Assembly (NCBI RefSeq): GCF_011386835.1 | Contig: NC_088800.1 | Span: 57,474,001 to 57,538,000, forward strand | Direction: 5' to 3' | Length of the DNA: 64,000 nt | Source of the DNA: Chrysemys picta bellii | Lineage: Eukaryota | Part shown: piece by piece, positions 58,388 to 64,000 of the stretch | How the letters are laid out: each line of letters starts with the position of its first letter | How positions within the stretch are numbered: position 1 is the stretch's first letter | The notes under the pieces: model-generated | Database searches by the model: none | What the model was told of the DNA's origin: nothing | Seen by the model: the letters and a program-made list of their open reading frames with translations, nothing else | Made by a program: the position numbers and the translations under genes

Positions 58388-61300
58388 ATGCCATTAAGTG
58401 GAGGCCTATATGGTTGTGAAGACCCCACCTACTGGAGGACAGTGTTTGATGTCTACTGGGATGTACTCAAAGCCAAAGGAAGCAGGCAGAAAAAACTTGC
58501 TGAGTTGGATAAATGGTAAATGCTCAAGCATTTAAGGTGGTTTCTTTTCTGCTGCATTATTCTCTCTAAGAGCACCACCTCATCATCTGTTGAGGAAGCA
58601 TACAGCTATGAGTCCTATCCATAGCAGCCTCTTTCAGTGTGAAATCCCTGCCAAATGTTCTTCATTAGTAGCAGCTGGGTCTTCAATAGCATGAGCTTCC
58701 TCTCAGCCAGTCAGTCCCAGCTGCAACTCCAGCAGCAAGAACATGTAGGTTCAAGACTATATTTTGACTCCTTGTCTGCCAACGGGTCTTTGTTTCAGGT
58801 ATCAGGAGGAGCTGCCAGTTGCTATTTCAGGAAGGAGAGAAAAATATCTGACACAGGCTGAAGTGGTGAAACTGATGGAATGGAAACTTGCTGTAAGTAG
58901 CTTTCCCAGATGAATTGCCATATGTAACATCTCAGCCATATAATCAAAGTGTTTGTGTAGTGGCAAGGAGGGTCTAAGGCAATGTTACAGCTTAAGTCGA
59001 CATAAACTATGTTGCTCAAGTGTGTGAATTAGCCATCCCCTTGAACGACATAATTTATGCCAATTTAAGCGCCAGCATGGAGAGCGCTGTGTCAGTGAGA
59101 AAGCTGCTACTGTTACTTGCAGGGGCTGGGGTAATTAGATTCACGATCCATAGAGTGACTATATTAGAGAGCTTACATTAGCACAGCTGCATCAGTGCTG
59201 CTGTAAACTCTCTAGTGTAGCCATAAGCTCAGAGCCTTGGGGTCTATAACATCATTTTCAATTGCTGGTGGTTTGGAGCTCTGCTGATTATATTGACTTT
59301 TTTTTTTAAACCTGTGTGAAAGAGTTTGATGCTGCCAGCCTTAAGGCCTCTGTAGTTAGCATCTATTTAATTCTGTTATTCATATTTTAAAGGTACTGCA
59401 GTCAAGGAAAACAATCCAGCCAAATCTTCTGGTCTGTCTGAACCATGCTTGATGCACGACTGGGGGAGGAGCAATGGTGTCTTTATGCTACCTTTTTGGC
59501 TCCTTAATTGAGGGGTTATTGTGCCCCCCCCCACACACACACACACCCCTTATAGAAGCCTCAGGCTTGCTGTAAGTTGCCGTCAGCTACCATAGCCCCA
59601 GGGGATTGTCCCAGCAATCCGGGATCTTGGGGGCATATGGCTTTTCTGCCACATGCAGTTGCCCAGCCTATGTCCCCTAAACAGGATCCTACAGTGGGAT
59701 GGCATAGAGTCACTCTGCCAGGTAGCAGCCTCCTCACCTTCTGAAGCTGAGGATTTGGCCCTTTATTTTAAAAAAGTTATCCTCTGTTTGCATTAGCAAT
59801 AACACATTAGAATATCAGAGCAGGAATATTTTTAAATCCAAGGTGCGCTATTTGTTTAACTTTTTGCATTTCACCCAGCTTGGTAAGTTTCCTCTGACTA
59901 GCACAACAGAGCTGTGTGTGGGTTTCCACTACAATAGGGGAATTATATTCAGTCACTTATTTATGAAACATTAATACTGTACACAACTCTTTACAAACAA
60001 GGAGGTGGATCCCTGCTGCATAATAATCAAATTATCATGGGCTGTTGACTCACAGGAAGAGGGTGATTAGTCCAAGTGTAATGGACAGGGTGGAAAAGTC
60101 AAAGGGAGTATTTAGGAGAGAGGAGCAGGAGGAATGTAAGGGACACGGTGGGGGGAGATGGTGGAAACAAAGGTAAGAAACTAGTGGCATTGTAATGGGA
60201 CAGAGGCTTGAAGATGTGGTCAGAGGAGCACATGCTTAGGTTTTGTCTACACTAGGAAAGAGGACAAGATGAAGCCCCTGAAGTGATGTGAGGAGTTGAG
60301 GTGATGTGCTCAGAGTGTGGGTTAGGAAACTTTAAATCCCACCCTCCAGCAAAACAAAATGTTGCTGGAAATCTTGTGTTTCATAAAATCGTGCACACCC
60401 TAGGGTTTTAAAAACAACACTTTTTCCCCCAAACAGAGCCTCAATTCTGAGCTTCAGCTCACTTGCCATTCTCCTTTTAGATAGTCACATAGCTTTTTCA
60501 TTTTCTGGACCAGGGGTAGGCAACCTATGGCACATGAGCTGATTTTCAGTGGCACTCACACTGCCCGGGTCCTGGCCACTGGTCTGGGGGGGCTCTGCAT
60601 TTTAATTTAATTTTAAATGAAGCTTCTTAAATATTTTAAAAACCTTATTTACTTTACATACAATAGTTTAGTTATATATTATAGACTTATAGAAAGAGAC
60701 CTTCTAAAAACACTAAAATGTATTACTGGCATGCAAAACCTTAAATTAGAGTGAATAAATGAAGACTCGGCACACCACTTCTGAAAGGTTACCGACCCCT
60801 GTTCTGGACCATGCTTGAGAATAAAGATCCCCACACTGGGGGTTTTCCTTCCAATCACAAAACATCTCAACTTGGAGAATGCCAGGAAGGGCTCTCCCTC
60901 TGGATCACTAGTGGCCCACAGACCATAGCTTGGGAACCTTCACTAAAAAGAAATATCCCTGGAAGGACTCATTATACTTTTCCCATATGTTGGAAAGAAA
61001 CTCATGGCCCCACGCTATTGAAACCCTTATTATAAAGGCCACTTTTAATTGCTGGTGCCCGTAAACTATAGACTTTTTCCTGTAGCAATGAGCTGTACTC
61101 ACTTGTAGAGCGAAGACGCTGAGCTCCTCAGGTTGGGATGTCCTTACCATGCTCTCTTCTCTCCTCCCATCTAGCGGGGAAAGTTTCGTCCTCGTCTGCA
61201 GCAGCTGGTGGCCACTAACTCCAGTGAAACGGTGGAGAGCTGTACAAGGAAAGCTTTCCAGCTCCTTCCAGACGTGGCAGCTGCCATTACTGAGCTGAGC

Positions 61301-62306
61301 CAGCTAAAGGCTGTGGGACCAGCCACAGCTTCGGGTAAGGAGTTGTGGGAGGGAGGGGATAAATCCAAGAGGGCCAGGGCCTGGCTATACCGTTAGGTAA
61401 GAAATGGGAAGATTGTTCAGATTTTCCACAGCACTGTGTAAATAGCACCACCCAAATGGTGCTAGTTAGAGTGGGTCTGAAATGCTGATCTTTCCTGGAT
61501 GATAAACACTTCTGGGAGACAGTATTGGCCCTAGAACTGAGCACTGGGGAAAAGAAAGGGGAAGCACCCACATCTGCAACCTGGTCTCAGTTTTTCCCCA
61601 ATCCAACAAGTAGCCAAACTTGTTTCCAATGGCCAGTTCTTAGAGAGAAGACCTTCGCATGTGCTTAGTGCTGTGGCTGGCAAAAGCAGCAAATCAAAGG
61701 AATCTGGCTTGCATGGGATGGAGCCTGCATATGAAGTTGTGGTTAGGTCTCTGGCTCAGTGTGTTTCCCCATGTGTTTGTGTAAAGTGGGGGCACATTCA
61801 CATGTGGGGGGGAATTAGAGACATGCTCAAACTACAAAATTGTAATCCTTATTTCAGTCCCCCTCTCCTCCCAAATTCAAGACTGTTCAGACACCCAGGG
61901 TTCTGGTTCAATCACATCTCTGCTGGGAATAAAGGTGAAACATACTTTTGGGTTCAGTTTCCATGATGTGTCCTGGAAGGTGGGGTCAGGAGTCTGATTC
62001 CAGGCATTCTGAGAGCCTGAACAAGGTGGGGGAAGCTGCATGTTTCTCCAAGACACGGGGCAGTCACTGTCATGCAGGCTGCGCCATGTCTCCTCTTCCT
62101 GCCCCCAACCTCTTTCTTTTCTCTGCTCAGCACCTTCCACTCTTCCCACTTAGCAATTCTAGCTGCAGGAGCCCCAGAGGCTGCGGCATTTATGGCAGAT
62201 GAAGCAATGGAGTCCATTCCAGGCCTCACCCCAATTCAATATACCCTCAAGCATTACATCCTCTACCTGGACAAGATCCAACTCTGTGTCAAGAAACTAA
62301 ACAAAG
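58388..62306 (+). CDS. Amun-like / zgc:112496-like uncharacterised protein with a helix-hairpin-helix motif (3' end beyond window)
   Basis: Exons 58388-58515, 58799-58892, 61175-61334, 62154-62306; GT-AG with consistent phases. Protein MPLSGGLYGCEDPTYWRTVFDVYWDVLK..LAELDKWYQEELP..LVKLMEWKL-type segment VVKLMEWKLARGKFRPRLQQLV..ELSQLKAVGPATASAIL..FMADEAM..IQYTLKHY. Confidence 0.88.
58975..59228. mobile_element. Degenerate Harbinger-type MITE
   Basis: Ends CTCTAGTGTAGCCATAAGC; internal TAAGTCGACATAA motif resembling other old CTACAC MITEs. Confidence 0.5.
60511..60801. mobile_element. hAT-Charlie-like MITE
   Basis: CAGGGGTAGGCAACCT...AGGTTACCGACCCCTG; perfect 8-bp TSD TTCTGGAC. Confidence 0.88.
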
Positions 62307-62805
62307 GTAAGGGTAGGCGGGGTCACTGCCACAGACCTCATAGGGGGTAGGGGAAGGAGGATCGCATCTCTCTGCTTTAGTTAAGTGTTTATGGTCTGAA
62401 TTTCAGAAATTATTTGAACTGCAATGAACCCTTTAGTGCGTACAGTAAGGTTGTCATTAGGATACAAGAAAACAGTGGTTAGCACAAATGACTGGGAGTC
62501 AGGACCCTGGATTCTATTCTTGTCTCTGCCACTGATTGCATGGCCTTGGCTAAATTACGTAGGTCCAGAGCCTCAGACATTTAAGCACTTAACTCCCATC
62601 AATGGGAGTTAGGCTCTTAAATACTTTTGAGGATCTGGGTCCTAGTTTCTCTGTGCTTCAGCTTCCCCCCATCTGTAAAATGAAAGTAACATTTACTCAC
62701 CTCTGCCCAGTGCATTGAGATCCTCAGATGAAAGTTGCCGAAAGTACAACATTGTTGATATCTGGCATTTCTGCATCAAGTGATTCATTGAAAAGCAAGT
62801 TAACT

Positions 62806-63324
62806 TAGGGTTACCATACGTCCGGATTTTCCCGGACATGTCCGGCTTTTGGGGGCTCAAATCCCCGTCCGGGGGGAAATCCCCAAAAGCCGGGCATGTC
62901 CGGAAAATCGGGAGGTCAGCCGGGCCGGCGGGGAGCCGGGCCGGCGGGGAGCCGGGCCCGCGGGGACCCCGGCCGGCGGGGAGCCGGGCCAGCCGGGCCG
63001 GCGGGGAGCCGGGCCCGCGGGGCCGGGAGCCGGGGGGTGCGCCGGGCCGCCGGGGGCCGGCAGTGCTGGGCGGGCCGGGGGTGGTCGGCCGGGGCCGGCA
63101 CCCCAGGGCCTGAGCTGACCCAGGCTGGAAACGCCGGGGGGCCAGCCTGGGCCGCGCCTCCTCCCCCCACACCCTCCTTACCTGCTTCAGGCTTCCCGCG
63201 AATCAAATATTCACGGGAAGCAGGGGAGGGGGCGGGGTTGGGCAGGGGTGTGGGCGGGGCTGGGGGCGGGGGCCGGGGGCCGTGGAGTGTCCTCCATTTG
63301 GAGGCACAAAATATGGTAACCCTA
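62806..63324. mobile_element. hAT (Blackjack-like ends) non-autonomous element with an extremely GC-rich internal repeat
   Basis: TIR TAGGGTTACCATA / TATGGTAACCCTA; flanking direct repeat GTTAACT; internal CCGGGCCGGCGGGGAG repeats. Confidence 0.85.
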
Positions 63325-64000
63325 GTTAACTGGTAGTCAAATTCAGGAAACAGAATTTCCTGGTTTCTTAGACCTGAACCTTGCAGTCACTGTAGAGCCA
63401 TTCTCAGCAGCGCCTGTATTGAAACAGCTGCTCTGCAAGATTTCCCTTATTAACCTTTCCTTGCCTTCTGTGCCCACCATGAATTTGCATTGCCTTTTCA
63501 TTCTCCCTTCAATTTTTGCTTGAAGTTGTGGCCAGCTCCATCTCCCTTCCCTGCTCCCCTGGTCTGTGTCGTCCTCCTGGGTTTCCAAAGGTCTCAGTGT
63601 GGCAATGATTTTGTCCACTAAGTTTTCCTGCCCTGCTGTACTGTAGAACCATAGCAGCAGTAGGACAATTGTAGGCCAGGATTGCAGAGATGTTCTCCTG
63701 CCCCAGCCCACGTGTACATCCATGAAACAACAGCAGTTTTTGATCTTTCCCTCCCTCCTAGTCTGGTATGACTGACATTCTCCACTCAGGAGAGGCTCAG
63801 AACTGGAATAGCAGGAGGGATGTTTGCAGGGCCAAAGTGAGGTGTATTGCCAAAGTTGTGTGGGAGCCCAGGAGAGATGCTGCAGATCTGGATCAACGTG
63901 CATTAGCAGAGTTGTGTGAGGGAAGTCTGTCTCATTCTGATCTGTACTATCAGCCTTTCACTTTACTGGGCCACATATCTTACCAAAAATTCATTTGGGA

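Overview
This is vertebrate genomic DNA, almost certainly turtle, judged from a tortoise-type tRNA/CR1 SINE, turtle-style CR1 LINEs and CTACAC-ended Harbinger elements. The gene block WDR24(+), JMJD8(+), STUB1(-) is complete, and every exon was traced by splice sites and frame. It is followed by the 5' part of an Amun-like (zgc:112496-like) helix-hairpin-helix gene (+) that appears to share a bidirectional CpG promoter with STUB1. A 3.9-kb Harbinger transposon (transposase plus Myb/SANT gene, frameshifted) sits in that gene's inferred first intron. The most unusual feature lies upstream of WDR24: a near-full-length, decayed R2 retrotransposon (~4700-11277). It is joined at the exact canonical R2 3' junction (AAA|TAGCCAAATGCC) to 1.16 kb of 28S rRNA sequence that stops at the mature 28S 3' end. 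No upstream 28S and no recognisable spacer sequence flank it, and it lies in a protein-coding neighbourhood rather than an rDNA array. It looks like a fossil retrocopy of the ribozyme-released R2-28S co-transcript, later hit by two LTR-type inserts and a Tc/mariner-type element. The rest of the window is CR1 fragments, SINEs, hAT and Harbinger MITEs, and promoter-flanking G-rich, telomere-like and minisatellite repeats. All family assignments come from recognition by eye, not from database searches.
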